Assembly: GCA_004284765.1 (NCBI GenBank)
Contig: NQJD01000031.1
Span: 1-28,901, forward strand
DNA length: 28,901 nt
Source: Candidatus Electronema aureum
GTDB lineage: Bacteria > Desulfobacterota > Desulfobulbia > Desulfobulbales > Desulfobulbaceae
Direction: 5' to 3'
Of the stretch, positions 5,801-17,800 are shown one piece after another (position 1 is the first letter of the stretch; every line of letters starts with the position of its first letter). A program made the position numbers and the translations under genes. The notes below the pieces were generated by a model. It ran no database searches, was not told the DNA's origin, and was given only the letters and a program-made list of their open reading frames with translations.

Positions 5801-8800
5801 GCGTGGATTGAAACGTACAGGCCGTTCATCGCCAGCGCAGCGGTGTATGGTCGCCTCCTTCACGGGGGCGTGGATTGAAACTGATAGAACAAAATGAAAT
5901 CCTTGCCCCAGACCGTCGCCTCCTTCACGGGGGCGTGGATTGAAACGGCCTTGAATTTAGCCTCAGCCTCCTTCGCCGCTGTCGCCTCCTTCACGGGGGC
6001 GTGGATTGAAACCAAATCGTCCCAGTCCATCTGGTTTGTTGCCCAGTCCGGTCGCCTCCTTCACGGGGGCGTGGATTGAAACTGTGTCAATAATAATCCG
6101 ATCACTCCCGGTTATGTCCGTCGCCTCCTTCACGGGGGCGTGGATTGAAACGTGCATCCGGGGAGCCAAGTACGGATGGCATCGTCGCCTCCTTCACGGG
6201 GGCGTGGATTGAAACATCGGCTCGTCAGCCTGCTCGATGGCGTGCGCCCTCGTCGCCTCCTTCACGGGGGCGTGGATTGAAACAGGTCAATATGGATCAG
6301 CTTAGGATCGGGTGAACCGTCGCCTCCTTCACGGGGGCGTGGATTGAAACCCACTGCTAAACTCCATGATTTATATATGAAGTCGTCGCCTCCTTCACGG
6401 GGGCGTGGATTGAAACAGGAGTGCTGTACTTAGGATTTGCCGGTTTAATGTCGCCTCCTTCACGGGGGCGTGGATTGAAACTTCTGATCCCGCCGCAGCT
6501 TCCGGCCCGGTCGCGTCGCCTCCTTCACGGGGGCGTGGATTGAAACCTGTTCCAGATGCTGTCCAATTTAATACCGGCTTGTCGCCTCCTTCACGGGGGC
6601 GTGGATTGAAACCTACAGCATGGGTTGACCCAGATACTGGCTGCGAGTCGCCTCCTTCACGGGGGCGTGGATTGAAACATGGTCGTCGTGGGCAGGCACC
6701 CGGTGAGGTATGTCGCCTCCTTCACGGGGGCGTGGATTGAAACAAGCTGCATTGTTGCTGATCAGCCTGCTGATTGCGTCGCCTCCTTCACGGGGGCGTG
6801 GATTGAAACTGCTGCGTTTAATGCTGGCGAGTGGAGTTATCATTGTCGCCTCCTTCACGGGGGCGTGGATTGAAACAAGCTCCTATGATGCAACACCATG
6901 CAGCATGTACCAAGTCGCCTCCTTCACGGGGGCGTGGATTGAAACTGATCCAGCTGATAACTCTGACGTTGGCTGGCTCGTCGCCTCCTTCACGGGGGCG
7001 TGGATTGAAACTTTCCAAACACAAAAAAAAACAGAAGCAAGAGAGGTCGCCTCCTTCACGGGGGCGTGGATTGAAACAGCTTGCGTGACTGGGTAAACAT
7101 CTGTAGCCACGGTCGCCTCCTTCACGGGGGCGTGGATTGAAACAAAGCTGGTGCAGCTGTAGCAGCAGAGGCTTGTGTCGCCTCCTTCACGGGGGCGTGG
7201 ATTGAAACGCGTCTGGTACGGTGGTTCAGATGTGCAGACGCGTCGCCTCCTTCACGGGGGCGTGGATTGAAACCTCAAGGAAAGCCCCATGTGGAGTCCT
7301 TTAACCGGTCGCCTCCTTCACGGGGGCGTGGATTGAAACACCGCCACGGGCATTTGATCGGATTGCATGATATCGTCGCCTCCTTCACGGGGGCGTGGAT
7401 TGAAACTTAGAATGCCAGAACGAGCGGTCAAACGCGGCTGGTCGCCTCCTTCACGGGGGCGTGGATTGAAACCGGGTTGATCAGACCACCTACGAAGGTG
7501 CGATCTAGTCGCCTCCTTCACGGGGGCGTGGATTGAAACACTTGAAAGAGCTTGACCGGTACGCATCTGGAAGTCGCCTCCTTCACGGGGGCGTGGATTG
7601 AAACTCTGTAATCTGGGGAAGGATTAAACAAAAAAGTCGCCTCCTTCACGGGGGCGTGGATTGAAACCTGCCGCGCCTTTGACATGGCGATAGATGGTGG
7701 GGTCGCCTCCTTCACGGGGGCGTGGATTGAAACCTCAGTCTCAAAGCCAGCCACAAGTCGATTACTGTCGCCTCCTTCACGGGGGCGTGGATTGAAACCT
7801 TCGTCTCCTTGTCCTGTGCCCGCAGTGCAGCTTCGTCGCCTCCTTCACGGGGGCGTGGATTGAAACCTCGCGAAAACAGTGCGGCGGACGTGCGGATATA
7901 TGTCGCCTCCTTCACGGGGGCGTGGATTGAAACTGTGGTCGACCCGAAACTGCGAAGTTGCGCTTGGTCGCCTCCTTCACGGGGGCGTGGATTGAAACCC
8001 GTCCGGGACAGATTGCAAACTGGGCAACAAATGTCGCCTCCTTCACGGGGGCGTGGATTGAAACATTCAGCAGGGCCGCTGCCTCATCTAACCGCCCGGT
8101 CGCCTCCTTCACGGGGGCGTGGATTGAAACCGCGACGCGAACCTCACGCCGTCGAGCGATGATAGGTCGCCTCCTTCACGGGGGCGTGGATTGAAACTCG
8201 CAATCTCTTGACATAGTTGGCGACGGTGTGTTTGTCGCCTCCTTCACGGGGGCGTGGATTGAAACAGGTGCTTCTGCGCAGCCTCGATATGCGGATTGTC
8301 GTCGCCTCCTTCACGGGGGCGTGGATTGAAACACTGCCCGCCGCCATAGGCAGGGCAAGCGGCGGAGTCGCCTCCTTCACGGGGGCGTGGATTGAAACCA
8401 GTCGCCTGCCTTGGACAGCCGCGCGGCTTCCGTCGCCTCCTTCACGGGGGCGTGGATTGAAACGCTAATAAAGATGAAGAAATACGGCATGTCGCTGGGT
8501 CGCCTCCTTCACGGGGGCGTGGATTGAAACGTTCGCTTAATGCCATTATAGCCCCCATTATGCTGTCGCCTCCTTCACGGGGGCGTGGATTGAAACACTG
8601 GATGCTGCAATACTGGCCGTCGCTTTGGCGAGTCGCCTCCTTCACGGGGGCGTGGATTGAAACACGTGCTCGGCAGTCACCTCTTTGACGCGGCTGTACG
8701 TCGCCTCCTTCACGGGGGCGTGGATTGAAACGCGCTGGCTGTTCTGCTGCCTCATTCCGTTTTTGTCGCCTCCTTCACGGGGGCGTGGATTGAAACCTAC

Positions 8801-11800
8801 GCTGCTGCCGCCAAAGCAGCAGCAGCGGCGTCGCCTCCTTCACGGGGGCGTGGATTGAAACCAGTCGAATCAGATAGCCAGCCTTCACTTTGCGCGTCGC
8901 CTCCTTCACGGGGGCGTGGATTGAAACACGGACGGGCGCCGCAGGCAACGCGGGCTGCTTCGTCGCCTCCTTCACGGGGGCGTGGATTGAAACATTGGCT
9001 TTGATCGCAAGATACCTTTCCCGCAGGTCGCCTCCTTCACGGGGGCGTGGATTGAAACCTCCGCCTTGCGCAGGGATAACATCCAGCTCTTGTCGCCTCC
9101 TTCACGGGGGCGTGGATTGAAACGGAAAATCGTCTCAATCCTGTGCGGCTGCGTCTTGGTCGCCTCCTTCACGGGGGCGTGGATTGAAACGTCCATACTT
9201 ACCTCTCTCTGCTGATTGACCTCTGTCGCCTCCTTCACGGGGGCGTGGATTGAAACATCGCCGGTGCCAAGAATGGAGTTTTTGACGTCGCCTCCTTCAC
9301 GGGGGCGTGGATTGAAACAGTATCCCCAGCGGGATTGCAGGCGGCTGCTGCCAGTCGCCTCCTTCACGGGGGCGTGGATTGAAACCCCCGTTTGGCTGCG
9401 AACGAGGGAACAGGCTAAAACGTCGCCTCCTTCACGGGGGCGTGGATTGAAACTGGGGCCACACGATGCGCTGTGGCGTAGTAGTAGGTCGCCTCCTTCA
9501 CGGGGGCGTGGATTGAAACTGAGTCCAAATGGACTGTCAGCGGTGCGCTGCTCCGTCGCCTCCTTCACGGGGGCGTGGATTGAAACGTACGGCAAGATTG
9601 TCGCGGTCAAAGAGACTGTGCGTCGCCTCCTTCACGGGGGCGTGGATTGAAACCGCTCAACTTCAGCGCGGTTGTTATTGACTGACCGTCGCCTCCTTCA
9701 CGGGGGCGTGGATTGAAACTGGGCTATCCGCGCTGAACCGGCCTTAATCTCTGTCGCCTCCTTCACGGGGGCGTGGATTGAAACAGACCAGCAGCGAGGG
9801 ATTGCTTTGAAGAAACGGTCGCCTCCTTCACGGGGGCGTGGATTGAAACCTCCGGCAAGGAGGGAGGATATGCGGGATGCCACGTCGCCTCCTTCACGGG
9901 GGCGTGGATTGAAACACCATTGAGCACTGTCTTGGTGATCAGCACGGCGAGTCGCCTCCTTCACGGGGGCGTGGATTGAAACACCATCAGCGACATATCA
10001 CAGGTTTGTGCGGTGTGTCGCCTCCTTCACGGGGGCGTGGATTGAAACGAAGAGTCTGCCGCTAAGTCTGGGGTGATATTAGTCGCCTCCTTCACGGGGG
10101 CGTGGATTGAAACAGTTCGCCGTCCGCTCATCTTCAACCTCCTTGAGCGTCGCCTCCTTCACGGGGGCGTGGATTGAAACTGTTCTAATCGGAAGAGCGC
10201 GCGCATTGCCTTCCAGTCGCCTCCTTCACGGGGGCGTGGATTGAAACCTGCGCAACAGATGAGTGTGCGGGTGTCTCGGAGGTCGCCTCCTTCACGGGGG
10301 CGTGGATTGAAACCATCTATTCGCCCTCCTTCGGCAGCCGGGTGCGCGTCGCCTCCTTCACGGGGGCGTGGATTGAAACGATGATTAATAATCTTGATTG
10401 GCTGCCTTCCTACGTCGCCTCCTTCACGGGGGCGTGGATTGAAACACCTTTTCTATCGATACCAGCTAACCAATTGGCTGTCGCCTCCTTCACGGGGGCG
10501 TGGATTGAAACCAAATGTGGACGATACCAAGCGAGAGCGGCAACGGTCGCCTCCTTCACGGGGGCGTGGATTGAAACTGATCCAGCTGATAATTCCGATG
10601 TTGGTTGGCTGTCGCCTCCTTCACGGGGGCGTGGATTGAAACATCCATATCACCTCCGCGCATAAGCAGCTTTGCCGTCGCCTCCTTCACGGGGGCGTGG
10701 ATTGAAACACTGGACGGTCACGCTAAAGAGGAGGACGGCAAAGTCGCCTCCTTCACGGGGGCGTGGATTGAAACTTGGTCGGAGCACTGATCAGGGGGAG
10801 GATTGCAGGTCGCCTCCTTCACGGGGGCGTGGATTGAAACCCGCCGCTGCCGTCCTCCTCAACCCGGAACAGCAGTCGCCTCCTTCACGGGGGCGTGGAT
10901 TGAAACAACGTTAATCCTACTTGAGGGCATTATGTTTAGGCGTCGCCTCCTTCACGGGGGCGTGGATTGAAACACTCGACTGGTTGATCAACGGGAAAGA
11001 ATAAAAAGTCGCCTCCTTCACGGGGGCGTGGATTGAAACAAATCCCCGCTGCGGTCGATTTTGACTGAGGGCGGTGGTCGCCTCCTTCACGGGGGCGTGG
11101 ATTGAAACGTTCTGCCGCCGACAATCTGGTCGCATTATCGCGTCGCCTCCTTCACGGGGGCGTGGATTGAAACTGTCTCCTCGTTGGTATTGCTGTTTTT
11201 AATCTTGTCGCCTCCTTCACGGGGGCGTGGATTGAAACAAAGTGCCCCTGACTTCCTCCGATCCCGGCAAGGGTCGCCTCCTTCACGGGGGCGTGGATTG
11301 AAACTTTCCAGACGTGGCAGGATTTTGGGGTTCGTTTCGTGTCGCCTCCTTCACGGGGGCGTGGATTGAAACAGAGCGGAAGTTTATCAGGATACTCAAG
11401 CGTAGGTCGCCTCCTTCACGGGGGCGTGGATTGAAACAGAACAAATATTCTTCATATTTTCATTGTACATGTCGCCTCCTTCACGGGGGCGTGGATTGAA
11501 ACATTAGCAGGAATTATTAAGGAACCCTGTTTAAAGGTCGCCTCCTTCACGGGGGCGTGGATTGAAACTTTATGGCAGCATCATTGTGTCGTTCTAATGC
11601 GGTCGCCTCCTTCACGGGGGCGTGGATTGAAACTACAATTTCGACGAGTTGGTGATTGGCAATGCAGGTCGCCTCCTTCACGGGGGCGTGGATTGAAACT
11701 GCCATTTTCGTCACTCCGGGAACTCTGTTGCTGGTCGCCTCCTTCACGGGGGCGTGGATTGAAACATCAACCGGGCTGTATCAACCAGCGGCTTTGCGCT

Positions 11801-14800
11801 CGTCGCCTCCTTCACGGGGGCGTGGATTGAAACGTAGCTGCCTGCCGCGCCGTTGACGTGGCGGTAGGTCGCCTCCTTCACGGGGGCGTGGATTGAAACA
11901 CGTTCCAGCCCCCTGTCGCGGGGGCTGGATGCGGTCGCCTCCTTCACGGGGGCGTGGATTGAAACTCATAGCTGTCCGCGTCCTGCACAATCCGCGTAAA
12001 GTCGCCTCCTTCACGGGGGCGTGGATTGAAACTGTATCTGCTGCTGCCAGCTCGCCGCCACAGCAGTCGCCTCCTTCACGGGGGCGTGGATTGAAACTGC
12101 TGATTGATCTCTGCGCCTCTGTCAACTAACCATGTCGCCTCCTTCACGGGGGCGTGGATTGAAACGGCAGCCGGGTGCGCACCCGGCCCGCCGGGTGAAG
12201 TCGCCTCCTTCACGGGGGCGTGGATTGAAACCCCAGCGATTCGGGCGCGGAACAACACCACTTTGGCGTCGCCTCCTTCACGGGGGCGTGGATTGAAACT
12301 TTGCCATCTTGGTCAACGGATCAGGTAGGTCAAGTCGCCTCCTTCACGGGGGCGTGGATTGAAACCCGGCAATTGGCGCGGCCTGCTCCAGCAGCACATG
12401 TCGCCTCCTTCACGGGGGCGTGGATTGAAACCTATCTCAATTCCCGTTTACTGCGCCGCGATAGAGTCGCCTCCTTCACGGGGGCGTGGATTGAAACTGA
12501 TAGACCAAAAATACCGGCAGCTATTGGCCCGTCGCCTCCTTCACGGGGGCGTGGATTGAAACCAAAATGCTGATAATTTTGACCCAGCACAAGTTGCGGT
12601 CGCCTCCTTCACGGGGGCGTGGATTGAAACGGGCCGCCCGCAGAAGTGGGCCAAATTGAAGAAGGTCGCCTCCTTCACGGGGGCGTGGATTGAAACATCA
12701 CCACGCCAACAAGCTGGCTCGCATCAGCGGGGTCGCCTCCTTCACGGGGGCGTGGATTGAAACACCAGCGGCAGCGGAGATGCAGCGTGGGAGCTGGTCG
12801 CCTCCTTCACGGGGGCGTGGATTGAAACCGGTTGCGGAAGAAATCCAGAGAGCAACCGCGCTGGTCGCCTCCTTCACGGGGGCGTGGATTGAAACGTATG
12901 CCCGCCCATAGCAAGCCAGCCGGGTGCCCAGTCGCCTCCTTCACGGGGGCGTGGATTGAAACAGGGGCGGCGGTATCGGTTTCACGTCCTCCTGTGTCGC
13001 CTCCTTCACGGGGGCGTGGATTGAAACATCAGCGCACCGGCCCCGGCAGACTAATTGGAGGTCGCCTCCTTCACGGGGGCGTGGATTGAAACACCGGCGA
13101 GCAGGTCAAGGACTGGGTGGAGCAGGTCGCCTCCTTCACGGGGGCGTGGATTGAAACATGCCACCATGCCCCGCACCCTACTAAAACTCACGTCGCCTCC
13201 TTCACGGGGGCGTGGATTGAAACAACCATCCTTGGAATCATCTGGCGGAGCTGACCAGTCGCCTCCTTCACGGGGGCGTGGATTGAAACAGGGGATGAGG
13301 TGGTGAAGTACCTCGCCGCAGAGGTCGCCTCCTTCACGGGGGCGTGGATTGAAACCGCTCGGCCGCGCGGGGCTGTGGACTGTCAAAGGTCGCCTCCTTC
13401 ACGGGGGCGTGGATTGAAACCCGCCAGCCACGTTGTGAGCTATACGCTGACCAGTCGCCTCCTTCACGGGGGCGTGGATTGAAACCCGCCAGCCACGTTG
13501 TGAGCTATACGCTGACCAGTCGCCTCCTTCACGGGGGCGTGGATTGAAACTGCGGGTGTTGATGTGCAATCTATTATCCCAAAAAGTCGCCTCCTTCACG
13601 GGGGCGTGGATTGAAACTCGTGATAATCGCTTCAAGCCGCTGGGCCGTGGTCGTCGCCTCCTTCACGGGGGCGTGGATTGAAACAGCCAGCTCTTCGATA
13701 TGCCGAGATTTTTCGCTGGTCGCCTCCTTCACGGGGGCGTGGATTGAAACTCAAAAACGCAGTACTGCCGAACACTACAGAGAGTCGCCTCCTTCACGGG
13801 GGCGTGGATTGAAACAGCTTGCCGCCCGCGTTGTCACCGGCAATGAGATGGTCGCCTCCTTCACGGGGGCGTGGATTGAAACGTGGATGAGGCCGCCTGC
13901 ACCAGCGGCGGCCTCTGGTCGCCTCCTTCACGGGGGCGTGGATTGAAACATCGGATGGCGGGCTATGTGGTTTTTCGCCAGCAGTCGCCTCCTTCACGGG
14001 GGCGTGGATTGAAACCGCGCTGGAACAGGCCATGAACGCGCTGTCCGGTGGTCGCCTCCTTCACGGGGGCGTGGATTGAAACGCCCCCGCTTTGGCCTTC
14101 GCCCGCTGCACCGCCGTCGCCTCCTTCACGGGGGCGTGGATTGAAACTTCGTCCCGCTGCTCGGCCACAACAGCAGCGGAAAGTCGCCTCCTTCACGGGG
14201 GCGTGGATTGAAACAAAATTTGGCGCAGAAGTTCGGCGCAAATTGTGCGTCGCCTCCTTCACGGGGGCGTGGATTGAAACCCGTGCGCATTGAAATCGTG
14301 GTGGCTGAATCATGTCGCCTCCTTCACGGGGGCGTGGATTGAAACTTTATCAGGGCGCATTTTATGGCGACGTGTACGGGTCGCCTCCTTCACGGGGGCG
14401 TGGATTGAAACATGCGCTGGGCACCGCCTCCGCCCAGCGCATGAAGTCGCCTCCTTCACGGGGGCGTGGATTGAAACACAATCCACATCCGCCACGCTGG
14501 GATATTGGCCGCAGTCGCCTCCTTCACGGGGGCGTGGATTGAAACGGCTCCTGCCTTTGGATTTGGAAATTCTATGCCGTCGCCTCCTTCACGGGGGCGT
14601 GGATTGAAACACGGCGGCGGATTTGGCATCTGGGCTGCCCCTGGTCGCCTCCTTCACGGGGGCGTGGATTGAAACCAGTTGTTTTTTTTCATTGCCCGCC
14701 GCAGCCGGTGTCGCCTCCTTCACGGGGGCGTGGATTGAAACACGGGCCGCGTCAGCACGCACTTGCGCGGCTGCGTCGCCTCCTTCACGGGGGCGTGGAT

Positions 14801-17800
14801 TGAAACGCCAAGAGCCGCGATGTCGCGGTTGGCAGTTAGGTCGCCTCCTTCACGGGGGCGTGGATTGAAACAGTGAGCTGGCAGATGTATGCGTATCCAC
14901 CTGCGTCGCCTCCTTCACGGGGGCGTGGATTGAAACTGCTGCCGTCGCACTGACCGGCAGCAGAAGAAGAACGTCGCCTCCTTCACGGGGGCGTGGATTG
15001 AAACTTCCGCTCTGCACCGCAGCAGCAGCACCTCAACGTCGCCTCCTTCACGGGGGCGTGGATTGAAACTCGTTTTTCGGAACGATGACTCCTTGCGGCC
15101 AGCGTCGCCTCCTTCACGGGGGCGTGGATTGAAACCCTGCGCTGCATGTCACCATGCCGCCGCCGAACAGTCGCCTCCTTCACGGGGGCGTGGATTGAAA
15201 CATCAACGAATATCCAATCGTATTCGCTATCTTCGTCGCCTCCTTCACGGGGGCGTGGATTGAAACTGTCCGTGAGCATCGCTGGGTACGCAAATCTGCT
15301 GTCGCCTCCTTCACGGGGGCGTGGATTGAAACTAATGGGAAAAGCGCGCGCGTTGTCCTCTAATGAAGGTCGCCTCCTTCACGGGGGCGTGGATTGAAAC
15401 GCCAGTGAAATGCTTGGAGCACATCACCCGTTTGTCGCCTCCTTCACGGGGGCGTGGATTGAAACCCGCGCTGCTGCCGTACCAGCGCGGGTGGATTGGT
15501 CGCCTCCTTCACGGGGGCGTGGATTGAAACGGACGGCTCGGCTGGGACAAGACGCAGCCGCACCGGTCGCCTCCTTCACGGGGGCGTGGATTGAAACGTG
15601 TTGGACTGTATGTTGTCTGCTCTGGCTGTCGTCGCCTCCTTCACGGGGGCGTGGATTGAAACTGGTCGAGGAAAAACGGCCTTCCGCCAGCCCGATGTCG
15701 CCTCCTTCACGGGGGCGTGGATTGAAACTTGATAATAAGAAATAAAGTGTGGTCACTTGTTGTCGCCTCCTTCACGGGGGCGTGGATTGAAACGTGGGGA
15801 CGTACACCGTCATTGAGCAGGCTGACGAGTCGCCTCCTTCACGGGGGCGTGGATTGAAACAGGCAATTTGCAGCCTCCTGCCGTACAGGAAACGTCGCCT
15901 CCTTCACGGGGGCGTGGATTGAAACACCTGCCGCCAGCACCTGCTCTGCGTCTGCTGCGCGTCGCCTCCTTCACGGGGGCGTGGATTGAAACGTGCATGT
16001 GCGGATGCCACAAACCGCTGTTTTGAGTCGCCTCCTTCACGGGGGCGTGGATTGAAACCTGCTGAAGGGAGCGACGGCGGTACTGGACAGAGGTCGCCTC
16101 CTTCACGGGGGCGTGGATTGAAACGTACCATCTATCGCCACGTCAAAGGCGCGGCAGGGTCGCCTCCTTCACGGGGGCGTGGATTGAAACTTTTTCCTGC
16201 TGAAAAGGATTAGGCCCCAGACAGGTCGCCTCCTTCACGGGGGCGTGGATTGAAACGGGATCAGCCCCTGCCCGGATCAGGTGATGGATGCGGTCGCCTC
16301 CTTCACGGGGGCGTGGATTGAAACCTCTCATAGGCACCGTTTAGCTGCGTGACGCAGGTCGCCTCCTTCACGGGGGCGTGGATTGAAACGATTCCGGTAC
16401 AGACGCTGGCTACCGAGGTCAGTCGCCTCCTTCACGGGGGCGTGGATTGAAACTCCTCTTCCTGCTCCTACTGCTGTCCCTTTTGCGTCGCCTCCTTCAC
16501 GGGGGCGTGGATTGAAACGTCTTCGCGCACTTTTGCTCCCGCTTTAGTGAAAGTCGCCTCCTTCACGGGGGCGTGGATTGAAACTTTATACTAATCAAGC
16601 ATTTGCCTTTGGCGTTAGTCGCCTCCTTCACGGGGGCGTGGATTGAAACTGCCAAGTCCGGTAAGGAACCTGAGCAAGGTCGCCTCCTTCACGGGGGCGT
16701 GGATTGAAACATCGGAATCCAAGCAATCCCAAGCAGGAAGCGTACAGTCGCCTCCTTCACGGGGGCGTGGATTGAAACCTGTAGAAGTATCAGTACATTG
16801 TTTAGCACCGAGTCGCCTCCTTCACGGGGGCGTGGATTGAAACCTTTCACGCCGGGCAGCAGCATGAGCAAACGGCGGTCGCCTCCTTCACGGGGGCGTG
16901 GATTGAAACCTTGGCGTGGCCGTCCAAGGAGAAGGCATCCAAGTCGCCTCCTTCACGGGGGCGTGGATTGAAACCCTGCGATGGTTTTGAGATAATCATT
17001 AGATATAGGTCGCCTCCTTCACGGGGGCGTGGATTGAAACATGAAACTCGTCGCCTGATCTTCGACAAGGATGGTCGCCTCCTTCACGGGGGCGTGGATT
17101 GAAACAGATGAAGAGGAGGAAAAAAGCGATTTGAACGCAGGTCGCCTCCTTCACGGGGGCGTGGATTGAAACCGGTCAGGTGTCTGCGAAGGTCGCCGCC
17201 GCTGTTGGTCGCCTCCTTCACGGGGGCGTGGATTGAAACAGCACCCAGCGAACGCACTCGTCATAGGCCCTTAGTCGCCTCCTTCACGGGGGCGTGGATT
17301 GAAACTTGGTGGAAATCATGACCGCGCCAGTGCAACAGAGTCGCCTCCTTCACGGGGGCGTGGATTGAAACTGGAAAACACCGAGGAAAGTTTCGTTCTG
17401 GAAGAGTCGCCTCCTTCACGGGGGCGTGGATTGAAACAACAGGTAGCGGCGGCTGAAGATGAGGTACGTCTCGTCGCCTCCTTCACGGGGGCGTGGATTG
17501 AAACGCACATATAATCTGAGGGTGTCATATTCAACGCCGTCGCCTCCTTCACGGGGGCGTGGATTGAAACGTAATCCTCGCGTCCGTCGGTTGCTGTATG
17601 CCCGTCGCCTCCTTCACGGGGGCGTGGATTGAAACGTCCCCGTCAAAATCGAAATCACAGTCTTTAATATGTCGCCTCCTTCACGGGGGCGTGGATTGAA
17701 ACTCGTCTCTCAGCGTGGATCCAAAACTGGTGGCAGTCGCCTCCTTCACGGGGGCGTGGATTGAAACCTCCTCACGCAATCCTGATGTTGACCTTCAGCA

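Noticed and set aside
17041-17073. Spacer atgaaactcgtcgcctgatc..., which contains GAAAC-TC-GTCGCCT and looks like a repeat-end/repeat-start junction. Spacers at 8399..8431 and 10314..10347 also carry short repeat-like strings.
   Set aside because: Only 5 + 7 nt match, and a 2-nt 'spacer' makes no biological sense. GTCGCC-type strings are common in GC-rich DNA. Treated as coincidence unless a search shows the spacer derives from another CRISPR locus.
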